A stretch of DNA of 64,000 nucleotides from the human T2T-CHM13v2.0 reference genome, Homo sapiens: NCBI RefSeq assembly GCF_009914755.1, contig NC_060926.1; one strand, 5' to 3'. Below, piece after piece: positions 1-11,933 of this stretch (positions are counted from its first letter, which is position 1; every line of letters starts with the position of its first letter). Below the pieces are notes generated by a model that saw only the letters and a list, made by a program, of their open reading frames with translations, ran no database searches and was not told where the DNA came from. A program made the position numbers and the translations under genes.

Positions 1-24
1 TGTAGACCGGAGCTGTTCCTATTC
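1..24 (-). mobile_element. Extreme 5' end of an L1PA element extending off the window
   Basis: TGTAGACCGGAGCTGTTCCTATTC resembles the reverse complement of the L1PA 5'UTR start. Confidence 0.6.
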
Positions 25-1440
25 CACATGTGAGATCCTTTGAGCCACTTCTGAGATGGTAAGGATTGCTACTCGGGAATGTAGGCATCAGAGACTTGAA
101 GTAGCCCTGGGCATTGAGCATCAAGGTCTCCAGGGCTTCCAAGGTCCAGCTTTTAGTATAATTCTATCCCCTAGATATTGGCATTCTAGATCTGTGATGG
201 GAGAAGCAGCACCAGTAATCTCCAAGATGCCATTGGGATCATTCTTCCGTTGTCTTGATGAATTGTCTTGATGAAGAAGCAGCTGGCTTCTTCCATTCAT
301 ACTAATCTCTATATCAAATAGTTACTTGGCTATATTTTTGGTTTTCTCTTGTTACCTTGCTTTTTCTTTCTTAAAAACAAAGCAACCCTGAGATTTTTTC
401 AAATATTTACACTTTGTTTATCTTTTCACATAAATTATATCTTCTTTTTTTCATCAAATTTATTTTAAGTTCCAGGGTACATGTACAGAATATGCAGGTT
501 TGTTACATAGGTAAACGTATGTCATGGTGATTCGCTGCACAGATCAGCCCATCATCTAGGTATTAAGCCCAGCATCCATAAGCTTTAAGTTGCTTCTTTC
601 TTCCTGAATTTTACTATTATTAGGTCAAAGAAGCCATGCAGCATCCTCAACAATTTGCTGCCGAGATATTTCTTTTAGCAAACATCCTAGTTTACGGTTC
701 TTAAAGTCTGCTTTCGCACATTGCTGGGACACAAAGATAATTCAGCCAAGTTCTTTACCACTTTATATAAAGGATGGCCCTTCCTCCATTGTGCAATACC
801 ATGCTCCTCATTTCCATCTAAGACCTTATCAGTATTACTTCTAGTGTCTATGTTGCTAACAATATTCTGTATACATTTACTTAGTAATCTTAGAGATGAT
901 TTAGGCTTGGCTGTTAGCTGTCCTTCTTCTGAGCCCTCATCAGGAAAGCCCTTAACTCTCTGTTAATGGCAATATAGACTTTTTCTAGCCTCTTCTTTCA
1001 AACCCATCCAGCCTCTGCTCATTACCCAGTTCCAAAGCTGACATAAGTTTTTATGTATTTGTTATGGTAAGAATACCACTTCTGGTACCAATTTCTATCT
1101 TAGTTTGTGTGTGTGTGTGTGTGCTGGTAGAACAGAATACCTGAGAGAGGGAAATTTATAATTGACAGAAATTTATTTTCTCACAGCTCTGGATACTAAG
1201 TTCAACATCATTGTGCTTGCACTTGGCAATGGCATTCTTACTGTGTTATCTCATGGTAAAAGGCTGAATGACAAAAAGGCAAAAGGAAATGAAAGGAGCC
1301 ATCTTATATTGGCATTAATCCCACCCGTGAGAACAGAAGCCTCATAGCTCCATTAATTCTTTAAGGTAACATTACTTAGTAGTATTGCAATAGCAGTTAA
1401 ATTTCGACAAAAGTTTTGGAGGGAACACATATTATAACCT
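25..1440 (-). mobile_element. MaLR retroelement (MST/MLT1-type internal region plus LTR), with an L1PA 3' fragment inserted at ~445-580
   Basis: Typical internal/LTR junction CTGGTACCAATTTCTATCTTAGT at ~1082-1104; LTR motif GAAATTTATTTTCTCACAGCTCTGG; L1 tail TTTAAGTTCCAGGGTACATGT...GTTTGTTACATAGGTAAAC. Confidence 0.65.
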
Positions 1441-2519
1441 TCTCTGATTTTCTTACCTTTTTGGTTCATCTGGACTCTGGCTAATATTCATCTCAATTAA
1501 CATAATGGTATTTTTAAAAGTGTTATCTGGCTTCCTCTTTTACATTTTCTCTAATTCCATAGCAAGACATCCATTATGAGTTGAGTTTAAATTTGTGGAT
1601 TTACCATGTCTTTGAGGCAGGCCATTGTTTCTCTGAAGAAAGAATCTTTTCACATGAGAGAGAATAAAATCTGAGCTCCCAAACTCCACCTCTATTCTTA
1701 AACCTCAGATTTTAAGGCAGTTTATATTTGTGCTAGTCTGTGGCTAACATCAATGTGTGTTTTAAAAGCCCAATGCTGTTTGGCAGATGATGGCTCTGAC
1801 CATGGCTATATGCTTAGCTTTTCATGTTTTAGGGTTCAGGGATCCATTACTCCTGCAGAAGATAATTCACTCAGAAACTGAGGATCAGAATCTTTGGAGC
1901 TTTCCCTAAACCAAATTTGGCCCTTCAGCCCATAGGCTTATAATGGACAGTTGACAACAGTCCTTGACGAGTGATTCCTCCTTGGAAGTCTCACAAAAAT
2001 AAGTCAAACCCCACTGGCAACAAGTCAACTGGTCCGGAGACTGCAAAGTAGAGACAATGTATTCACAAAACTGAGTTTGACTTTGTTTCTCTGTGAAATG
2101 TATAAATGGAGGAAGTGGGATGGGGTGGTTAGGAAACCTGAGAGACTATAGACACTCAGAGGAAGATATGGTATAACTCCAGCTTCCATGTGGAGATGAG
2201 GTTGTCGATGGGAAGCTTTTACAAAATAACCATAAAGTAAAATAGCTGCTGGAGCCCACAGGGAAAGGAGGGGCAAAGTGGTGGAAGGAATAGCAGACTG
2301 GGAAGTGGATTGGAGTTTCAGCATTTTGTTTGATCACTAATGGACAATGGTTCTCTTTAGAGAGGAGGGATCCAATTTTAGTGTCTGAACTAGACAATAA
2401 AATTCTCTGAATACCTGTCTCCTTATGAGAGGGAGTGGAACAATAAGTGATCCCATCTACCAATAACTTTCCATTCTTACCAGTTGTGTCAGAATTTTAG
2501 AACTTTTGCAGGGTGGGTG

Positions 2520-2640
2520 ATAGAGCAGAGAAACAGCACAGACCCTGGTGTTAGGTTCACTGGGTCTGAATTCTAACTATGCCACATATCGTGGTTACTG
2601 TGTGACCCTGGGCAAGTTAATCCACCTTTCTGTGGATAAG
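2520..2640 (+). mobile_element. MIR fragment
   Basis: CTGTGTGACCCTGGGCAAGTTAATCCACCTTTCTGTG core. Confidence 0.6.
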
Positions 2641-2641
2641 G

Positions 2642-2642
2642 T

Positions 2643-2680
<38 letters not shown>
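2642..2680. repeat. (TTTA)n microsatellite
   Basis: Direct inspection. Confidence 0.9.
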
Positions 2681-2681
<1 letters not shown>

Positions 2682-2690
2682 CTAAGGTAA

Positions 2691-2950
<260 letters not shown>

Positions 2951-3439
2951 TATGTAGGGATATTTTTTAAAAGTTAACATATTTGACACATGTACAAATA
3001 TTTCTCAGAACATGAAAATTGTAATATACATGTTTGTGCAAATGGAATAATATAACAGAAATATTCTAAACTATTATATGAAAGGGTGTATTTGAAGGTA
3101 TTATGAAGGTACACAGAGAATTATAGTTTCAGCTTTAATCATCACTGTTATGTGTTTAGCAGAAAGCCAACAGTGTTAAAGAGTGCCTTTGCTGAATGCA
3201 TCATCACCATCATCACTGTCTTCCTCCTCTTTATCCTCAAGGTATCTGGCAACAGTTCTGAAGAGGCATTAGAGTTGATTTATTACTTTGGGGAAGTGAG
3301 ATGTAAGGTGCAGTCCCCAGAAACCTTCAGCTTCTTCCATGGGAGTTTCTCTTTCCACAGGCTCCTTTCAGGACATGCCTAGTCAGTAGAGGAGGCCTCC
3401 ATGGTAAATGACGTTAACATTCCACGAACTTCTGTCTCT

Positions 3440-3860
3440 CCCATTCCCCACTGCCCCAAGCAGGATGGTTCACATCTTGTCCTGCTGCTGCCCTTGTCCC
3501 TTGTCCCACAGATGGTCCTGCTCAAGGCTTACACCACTCACTGCCCCTCCTCCCAGAGTCCTCCCTTCACACCCATCATCACTATTCCTGGAAGGTCTCT
3601 GCTTCTTCCTGGGCTGCTCAGGGCCATGAGAACTGGACATCTGGTTGCTGCTGGGAAAGGACAAAGCCCATCTTTGACTTGCACAGTTTGCCAAGCTGTT
3701 TGTGAAAGAGGACTTTATATGTGACCACTCCCAGGGTGTGTCAGGAAGAGTTCCCCCTGATGCCAGAATTCCCTTGTGTCAGAGCCATTTGTAAGGTCTC
3801 TGAGTTTCTACCGTTGCCCTCTGCTTGGAATTCAAATTTAAAGCTCTCTTTACAGTAGGA
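3440..3860 (+). promoter_or_regulatory. Orphan paralogous copy of the REG1 promoter with no gene downstream
   Basis: Colinear blocks shared with REG1CP 27155-26815(-) and REG1A 8500-8795: CCCCACTGCcCCAAgCAGGATG, ATTCCTGGAAGGTCTC, GGACATCTGGTT, TGTGACCACTCCCAG, TGtCAGGAAGAG, TGCCAGAA, and a TATA-like TTTAAAGCTC. Confidence 0.75.
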
Positions 3861-4039
3861 GGGATCCACAGGAAAATAGCTTCTGTTGTGGATTTGAGGA
3901 ACTTACAACTTCTCTAGAAACTCTATACTCAAATAAATACATTAAATAACTGGGGGCTTGATAGAGTAGGTGTTTCTGACTATTCAGTGAGGCAAGATTT
4001 AGAGTAGGGAGAGGTCCTGGATAGTTTTATGTAATAGCT

Positions 4040-4480
4040 TTTTATTTTCTTTTTCCTTTTTTCCTTTCAATGTTTTAATTGGCCTATAATAACTGTACAT
4101 ATTTCTTGGGTTCACTGTGGTATTTCAATACATGTATACTATGTGTAATAAACCAGCCAGGGTAATTAGCATATCTATCCCTTCAAACATGCATCGTTTC
4201 TTTTGTTGGGAATATTCAAAACTCACTCATCTAGCTATTCAAAAATTTACACAAAATTGTTATAAATTATAGCCGCCCTGTAGTGCTATAGGACATTAGA
4301 ACCCATTCCTCAGATGTGGCTGTACTTTTGTATTCCTTAACCAAGCTTTCGCTGTCTTCTCCGTCCCCTTCTGTGACTATAGTAACCACTATTTCACTCT
4401 CTACTGCTATGAGATCTAAATTGTTAGCTTCCACATTTGAGCTAGAACATGTGGTATTTATCTTTCTGTGCCTGGTATTT
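4040..4480 (-). mobile_element. Old L1 (L1MA-like) 3' end
   Basis: Poly-T head; AGAACATGTGGTATTTATCTTTCTGTGCCTGG and other L1MA 3'UTR motifs. Confidence 0.7.
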
Positions 4481-4977
4481 TCCTGAATCTTTTTGTGTCT
4501 TTCATTTCTCTGAACAAGTGCTGAGACATGAGAAAGGGTGAGGTGGGGGCCCTAAGTTTCTGCTCTTCCAAGGCTCCTCCAATATTTCAAGTTATTTGAC
4601 CACACTGGTTTGTGACTTCAGATCAGAACTGTGTTGTTAATAGATGTTTAAAAAAAAAAACAAATAAATTGTGGGGTAGGTATGGGTGCTTGATGTCTTA
4701 TACTTATTTACATTTTAAGCTCTTCTTATGGTGTCTCTGGCCATAGCCATAATGAGTTTGTGGTTACTAAATCAGTCCTCAGAGGCCTAGATGGGTTGAA
4801 CATGGAAATTACTTAATAAAAGAAACTCAGGTAGTTGGAATAACAAAGTGACCCTAAAGCAAAACTGCTTGTGTTGAATATAGTTCCAATAAATATCTGC
4901 CATTTGAATTGGTTTAGTTAGTTCTTCTCTGACCCTCAGTCTCTTCATTTGTTAAATATGATTCTTAATAGAACCTA

Positions 4978-5375
<398 letters not shown>

Positions 5376-6239
5376 AAATTTTTTGTCAAATAAAACAGAG
5401 GTTTCCTGTGAAGCAGAAAAGGCTAAGTTATAAGTAAGTTTTCTTTATGTCTGCAGAACACAGCAGACCAGGGAAAGTCCTGAATGTATCTTGTATTTCT
5501 TGAGCTCCTTTCCTCTCCAGTCTAAGGTTTGCAGACAGGCTTCTATTCACATGCCTGCTAAGTATTTAAACAAGAGGAAAATTATTTCTCAATAACAAGT
5601 CTAAAATCTCTATTACAAGCATCAAAAGCAGAAAATACCTACTGGATGATGGCCAGTAGCACCATTTATCACCTACAGCCTTGAAACGTTCTAAGCCATA
5701 TTAAGTCTTATCAAGAAATTGCCCCACTTGGGCACATATTAACCCTAACGTCCATGATACTTGTTTCTATCTCTGAGAAAATTAACATAAGGAATAGATG
5801 GGAAAGGCCTGAAATGAGCTTCTGGGAATCTTATAAAACTAGGTCAAAGGTCCTTGAAGTTCCTCAGAAAAATAAGGAAAATATTAAAGGGATTGAATGT
5901 ATGGCTTTCCTGAAAAAGGAATTTCTCTGGGACCAAGGCTGCTACCAATTTATGTCCTAAATTTTGTTATCTTGCATGTGGAATTTGGCCAGTCACCTAT
6001 GTAAGCAATAAGTGCAACTTCTCAATGGATTTACTGCTACTGGGGACAATAAAGATTTTTATGGGAGTACTTTGTCAATTGTTATTTGTTTTGAATCTCT
6101 GTTTTATGTCTTCCTGGTTGTAACATATTTTATTGTGTATTTTAGAGTATTAGGTCTTTTATACCTGGACAGTCATTTCTTGTTTGAAGTTATGTTAAAT
6201 TTAGAAAAAATCTCATATTTTAAAAATATTTATTATAAA

Positions 6240-6714
6240 GTCATATGCATACATATGTTCATTGCAGCACTGTTCACTATAGCAAAGACATGGAATCAAC
6301 CTAAATGCCCATCAATGATAAACTGGATAAAGAAAATGTGGTACATATACACCATGGAATACTATGCAGCCATACAAAAGAATGAGATAATGTCCTTTTG
6401 AGGGACATGAATGGAGCTGGAGGCCATTATCTTTAGCAAACTAACACAAGAACAGAAAACCAAATACTGCATGTTCTCACTTATAAGTGGGAGCTAAGTG
6501 ATGAGAACAATTGAACAAATAGTGGGGAACAACACACACTGGGGCCTTTTGGAGGGTGGAACATGGGAGGAGGGAGAGGGTCAGCAAAAGTAACTAAGGG
6601 TACTAGGCTTAATACCTGGGTGATGAAATAATCTGCACAACAAACCCCCATTACACAAGTTTACCTCTGTAACAAACTTGCACTTGTACCACTTAACTTA
6701 AAATTAAAGTTAAA
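6240..6714 (+). mobile_element. L1PA 3' end (ORF2 C-terminus and 3'UTR)
   Basis: ORF track MFIAALFTIAKTWNQPKCPSMINWIKKMWYIYTMEYYAA. Confidence 0.9.
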
Positions 6715-7026
6715 GGGTGGGTGTGTTAGCTCACGCCTGTAATCCCAGCATTTTGGGAGGCTGAGGCAGGCAGATCATGAGGTCAGGAGATCGAGACCAT
6801 TCTGGCTAACACGGTGAAACCCCATCTCTGCTAAAAATAAAAAAAAATAAAAAAACTTAGCCGGGTGTGGTGGCGGATGCCTGTAGTCCCAGCTACTCTA
6901 CTCGGGAGGCTGAGGCAGGAGAATGGCGTGAACCCCAAAGGCGGAGCTTGCAGTGAGCTGAGATTGAGCCACTGTACTCCAGTCTGGGTGACAGAGCCAG
7001 ACACCATCTCAAAAAAAAAAAAAAAG
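6715..7026 (+). mobile_element. AluY inserted into the L1 tail
   Basis: Y-type diagnostics GGCTAACACGG and GGCGTGAACC; TSD ATTAAAGTTAAA at 6703-6714 and 7027-7038. Confidence 0.9.
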
Positions 7027-7362
7027 ATTAAAGTTAAAAAAAGAAAAGAAAACATTATGCCATAAAGTATTTTTATCTTAGATTTTTTAAAAATTAATTG
7101 CTTGTTTAATTTTCACAAGATAAATATGTAATGATACCAAGTATACCCGACTCTTCCCTACTATATCCTTTGTTAACGGAAGAATATTTCTGAATCTCTT
7201 ATTTATAGAAAAAAATAGGAATCATTCTCTGGTTGTAATCATTTTAAAAGGTATAACTACTTTTTGTAAAAGCAGAAAAAATTTGGATTAATTTAACAAA
7301 TGCATATGAACCAGTGAGAATAAACAATGTTAACATTTGTCATCTTTGTTTAATATCGTTAG

Positions 7363-7516
7363 TTTTTGTTTTTATTTTTTGAGACAGTTCCCTGTTCTAT
7401 CACCCAGGCTGGAGTGCAGTGGCACAACTCACTGCAACCTCCACTTCCCAAGCTCAAACAATCCCCCACCTTAGCCTCTTAAGTAGCTGAGACTACAGGC
7501 ATGTGCCACCATATCT

Positions 7517-7564
<48 letters not shown>

Positions 7565-7690
7565 TTTTTTTGTAGAGATGGGGTCTCGCTATGTTGCCCA
7601 GGCTGGTCTCGAATTCCTGGGCTCAAGTGATCCTCTCATCTCAGTCTCCCAAAGTGCTGGGATGACAGGCTTGAGCCACCACACCAGGCC
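7363..7690 (-). mobile_element. AluJ with a (TA)n expansion in the linker (7519-7563)
   Basis: J-type GGGTCTCGCTATGTTGCCCAGG and GGGCTCAAGTGATCCTC. Confidence 0.88.
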
Positions 7691-8499
7691 CATCATCAGT
7701 TTTTATATAAAGAAAAAAAAACCTTAAAATTGTTAGGCAAATACTATGACAAATTGTAATATATATTCTTACATTTCAGATTTTTATTTTTTAAACTGTA
7801 TAAGAATTGATTAATAAATAAAATTTAGTATTAATCTGTCTTTTAAAACCATATATAAAGTTTATCAAATAGCTTATAACTTCTTGCAACTGAATTTTTG
7901 TATTCAATGTTATGGCTTTGATACTAGTCCAAGTTGAAATATAGATATCTACTTTATTCGATTTAAATTCTGTTTAGTATTTTATTATATTTTGTTAATC
8001 CATTTGTCCCAATTCATATACTTATCTCTCTTTCTGTGAATATTCAGGTTAGTTTTTTCTTCCTAATTTTGCATTCTGATTGGCTTTTATTCCCTGAATT
8101 ATAAATGACTATTCTATGATGATTCTGGTAAATACTCAATTTCACCACACAATCTTTGACTTCATACTAACAAACAGTTGACTTCAAATGGACAATTTCA
8201 ATGAAGGCTGACTTCATATTTAGCTCCTTTAAGCTTCCTTAGGCATCAGCTCTCTACAATTCTCACATGGAGAATATGTGTATTTTGTTAGCTCAAACCT
8301 TGTTAGACATGTTAAATGTTTAGAAATATAAATTTAACCTACCCCTTGAGGTAGGTCTTGAGAGGTTTGTGAGCCTAAAAAGACATGGAGGAACCACTTA
8401 TTGCCACAAGCACATTGTTCTAAATTATTTGGAATCAGTTAATTCTTCCCCATCTCCTACCCATGCCTGACACCAAAGAGGAGCCTCTAAATTTACAGG

Positions 8500-8833
8500 G
8501 AATACAAGGAAGTCTACTGTTCTCTGCTCCTCTCTGGGTTATTAGGGCACATGGGAGCCCTCAGTTGTTTTCTGCTGAGCAAGAGCAAAGTCCACCTTGG
8601 ACTTAGACAGCTTGCCAAATTTTTTGCCAGAAGGGGACCTGAGTTGTGACCACTCCCAGTGTGTGCCGGGAAAAGGCTCATACTGGTGCCAGAATCTCTT
8701 ACTGTCAATGCTCCCAAAACTCACCGCTTGCCCCCACCCCTTTTGCTTAAATGACGTGGTTCTTATCTCAGATCCTGATATAAAGCTCCTACAGCTACCT
8801 GGCCTGAGAAGCCAACTCAGACTCAGCCAACAG
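8500..8833 (+). promoter_or_regulatory. REG1A: REG1A proximal promoter and non-coding exon 1
   Basis: TATAAA 8779-8784; STAT3-type element TGCCGGGAA 8664-8672; TGACGTGG 8752-8759; GATA site TTATCT 8763-8768; exon 1 donor CAG|GTAAGT at 8833/8834. Confidence 0.85.
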
Positions 8834-9180
8834 GTAAGTGGGCATTACAGGAGAAGGGCGTCTCTAACATGCACTGTAGATCTAAAATCTTCGGGAAGAT
8901 ACAGCATGAGTTTCTGTCCAAGAGGTTTTAGCTGTAAGGAAGCCTCAGTGGGATCCAAAGTTGTTTTTCAGTTACTGAGTCTGTATAATCCCCACTCTCA
9001 AGAGAAACATTTGAAGGTGTGGGTGTCTCAGAGGACCTTCCTGGTCTCAGAAATTCTGAGAGGAGGTTTTAAGGAAGGTAATAGGTGCTTTGCTCTCCAT
9101 CTCTCAGAACCCCCTTCTCTGTGTTCTCCTATAGAGATTGTTGATTTGCCTCTTAAGCAAGAGATTCATTGCAGCTCAGC

Positions 9181-11533
9181 ATGGCTCAGACCAGCTCATA
9201 CTTCATGCTGATCTCCTGCCTGATGTTTCTGTCTCAGAGCCAAGGTAAGATCTCTTTTCCACCAACCAACTCTTTCTAGCCCTGAAGACTTCACTCTATC
9301 CCCAAGCATACGGGTCTACTTGAAAAAAAAAAAAAAGCAGAGTCACTGTTAAGGGTTGTTTTGTGGTGTTTAGTGATCTTTATTGCTGATCTCTTCACAT
9401 TTATATACATCCACACCTCATTAAGGAGTTGGAGCTAGAATTTAAAATGACCCCTTATAAGCAACTGCTGCAGTTGGCATGAGTTTATCTGATTAAATTT
9501 ATACGTGATGGTGGATTTGGGGATGTCTGTGTGTAGACAGTCACTAATGGGGTGGAGAACTGAAGAGAGCCTTGTGTTCAGGGAAACCAAGTCAGGCTTG
9601 AGAAAGTAGAAGGCTGAGTCCTTCAAGGTAGAAGAGCCTGAGCTCCAGACATAAAAGGGAAACTGGAGACTTGTTTCTTTGGCCTATTCATTCTGTTTTT
9701 TTTCCCCTGATCAAAGAAACCAAAGACAGAAGATGTAGGATGCAGGAGCAATAGTGAGCAGTCATCCCATAATAGACTGGATTCTTCTGTTTCTATAAAG
9801 GAACCTCAGAAGCTCTTACCTCACCTTCAAGCCTTTTCCTTACCCTGAGAGCCTCCTTTAATTGTCTCTTCTTTTTCAGGCCAAGAGGCCCAGACAGAGT
9901 TGCCCCAGGCCCGGATCAGCTGCCCAGAAGGCACCAATGCCTATCGCTCCTACTGCTACTACTTTAATGAAGACCGTGAGACCTGGGTTGATGCAGATGT
10001 GAGTGAGGAGAGCAGTGTGGGAAGGGAGACTCATGAAGGGAGGGGAAGCTGCCACTCTCCAGTGTGTTCAGTGGCTGCAATGAGATGAGACTGAACCCCT
10101 TGCTATACTATCATCAGCCCCAAACTTTCCAATCTACTTTATCCCATTATTCAGCACATTCCCAGCACAAAGAACCTGGTGGTCAGTGACAGCATCATCA
10201 CGGACATTACTCTGCTGTCCTTTTTCTGACCCGTCCTCTTGGAGGACTCAGTATATCCGTCACAACTTCCTCCTCCACTGAGTGCTCCATTTTCTTCTGC
10301 AACAGCTCTATTGCCAGAACATGAATTCGGGCAACCTGGTGTCTGTGCTCACCCAGGCCGAGGGTGCCTTTGTGGCCTCACTGATTAAGGAGAGTGGCAC
10401 TGATGACTTCAATGTCTGGATTGGCCTCCATGACCCCAAAAAGGTAGGCTGCAGCCTTCTTTATCTCCTAATGATCAGGTTTGAGAAGTAAGAAGGAGGT
10501 TCAAGTTCTGGTCTCTTAAGTACCAGCTTTTATCGCTTTCCAGAAATCAGGCTGTTTACAGATGCTCTAATGTCCTGTGTAGCAAGGTGCACTGTAGATG
10601 ATTGGAGATATAAGTGGAAGGCTGAATTTCCTAGGTGTTCTTGTCATTCATGAATAAACTTATTCTGTTTTCAGTCAACAAAGCATCTTTATGCACCAAC
10701 TTCTTACCTATTTTGTTACTGTCAGAGTCACAAGAGAGACTAGATTGCCGACTATATAGGAAAGGAGACTTGTGGTAAAAATCTGCTGCTGTACTGCTGG
10801 CATTTGGGAACCTGGTAGTATACTAAATAATATAATATATCAACAACTAATGGTCAGCCAATGCTATGCTGGATATGAGGGTCCTGGGCCACAAAGACAA
10901 AAAATCAGGAACCACTTTTTAAGTGAGATACTTTGGGTCTCTGTCAAATTCATAACACTTATTTCTTGGTGGAATACAGTTAATGAGTTGGACAGTTCAG
11001 GAAAGAAGTTTAGAGCAATAGCAAAGGAAAGGAAACAATATTTAGCAAGGTTTATTCTTCCTTTGTGTCTTAGCATGTTTCTGAGTGTGCACACAGGCCC
11101 AGTGATTCCATGTATTTTTGAGTGACCACTGCCTCTGTTCTGGCCCTTCCCCATCTAGAACCGCCGCTGGCACTGGAGCAGTGGGTCCCTGGTCTCCTAC
11201 AAGTCCTGGGGCATTGGAGCCCCAAGCAGTGTTAATCCTGGCTACTGTGTGAGCCTGACCTCAAGCACAGGTGAGAGGCAGAGAATCCATCCACCTGTTT
11301 CTGTTCTCTCCTGCTTAGCTCCAGGGATGGAACTGGGACTGGGATAGAGGAAAGGTGAACTCCTCATTAAGGAAATGGATGTTTGGTTTTTGTCCTGAGT
11401 CCTAAAGCCAGGAGGGTCATACTCTTTCGGGTCTCCCAGTTGTAACTCTTCTCATTGACTTATAGGATTCCAGAAATGGAAGGATGTGCCTTGTGAAGAC
11501 AAGTTCTCCTTTGTCTGCAAGTTCAAAAACTAG
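9181..11533 (+). CDS. REG1A: Regenerating family member 1 alpha (lithostathine-1-alpha / pancreatic stone protein), spliced CDS, 166 aa
   Basis: Coding exons 9181-9244, 9880-9998, 10306-10443, 11159-11270 and 11466-11533 (64+119+138+112+68=501 nt), all with GT-AG introns. Translates [50 protein letters not shown]...[18 protein letters not shown]...FSFVCKFKN*. Non-coding exon 1 is ~8806-8833 and exon 2 starts at 9135. Confidence 0.98.
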
Positions 11534-11702
11534 AGGCAGCTGGAAAATACATGTCTAGAACTGATCCAGCAATTACAACGGAGTCAAAAATTAAACCGGA
11601 CCATCTCTCCAACTCAACTCAACCTGGACACTCTCTTCTCTGCTGAGTTTGCCTTGTTAATCTTCAATAGTTTTACCTACCCCAGTCTTTGGAACCCTAA
11701 AT

Positions 11703-11714
11703 AATAAAAATAAA
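11703..11714 (+). terminator. REG1A tandem polyadenylation signals
   Basis: AATAAA-AATAAA ~170 nt after the stop codon, followed by a TG-rich downstream element. Confidence 0.85.
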
Positions 11715-11933
11715 CATGTTTCCACTATTGTGCTGTCTTACTGTGTCTGCTATTTCCACAGCTGATGCCTGGGTGGTTGAGATGAGAGTGATTACAACAA
11801 AGCTTGCTCTGGCCTATCCACTTCTTAAAAGTCCATCCGCATACCATGCATATTGGAATTCAGTATTTATGAACATATGTGGCTTTGCTTATGACAAGGT
11901 TAACAAGATGGAGATTGACCAAAAACTCACATG

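Noticed and set aside
8597-9211. 204-aa ORF across the REG1A promoter, exon 1 and intron 1
   Set aside because: Non-ATG start upstream of the TSS, runs through an intron out of frame with REG1A, no recognisable domain; chance ORF.
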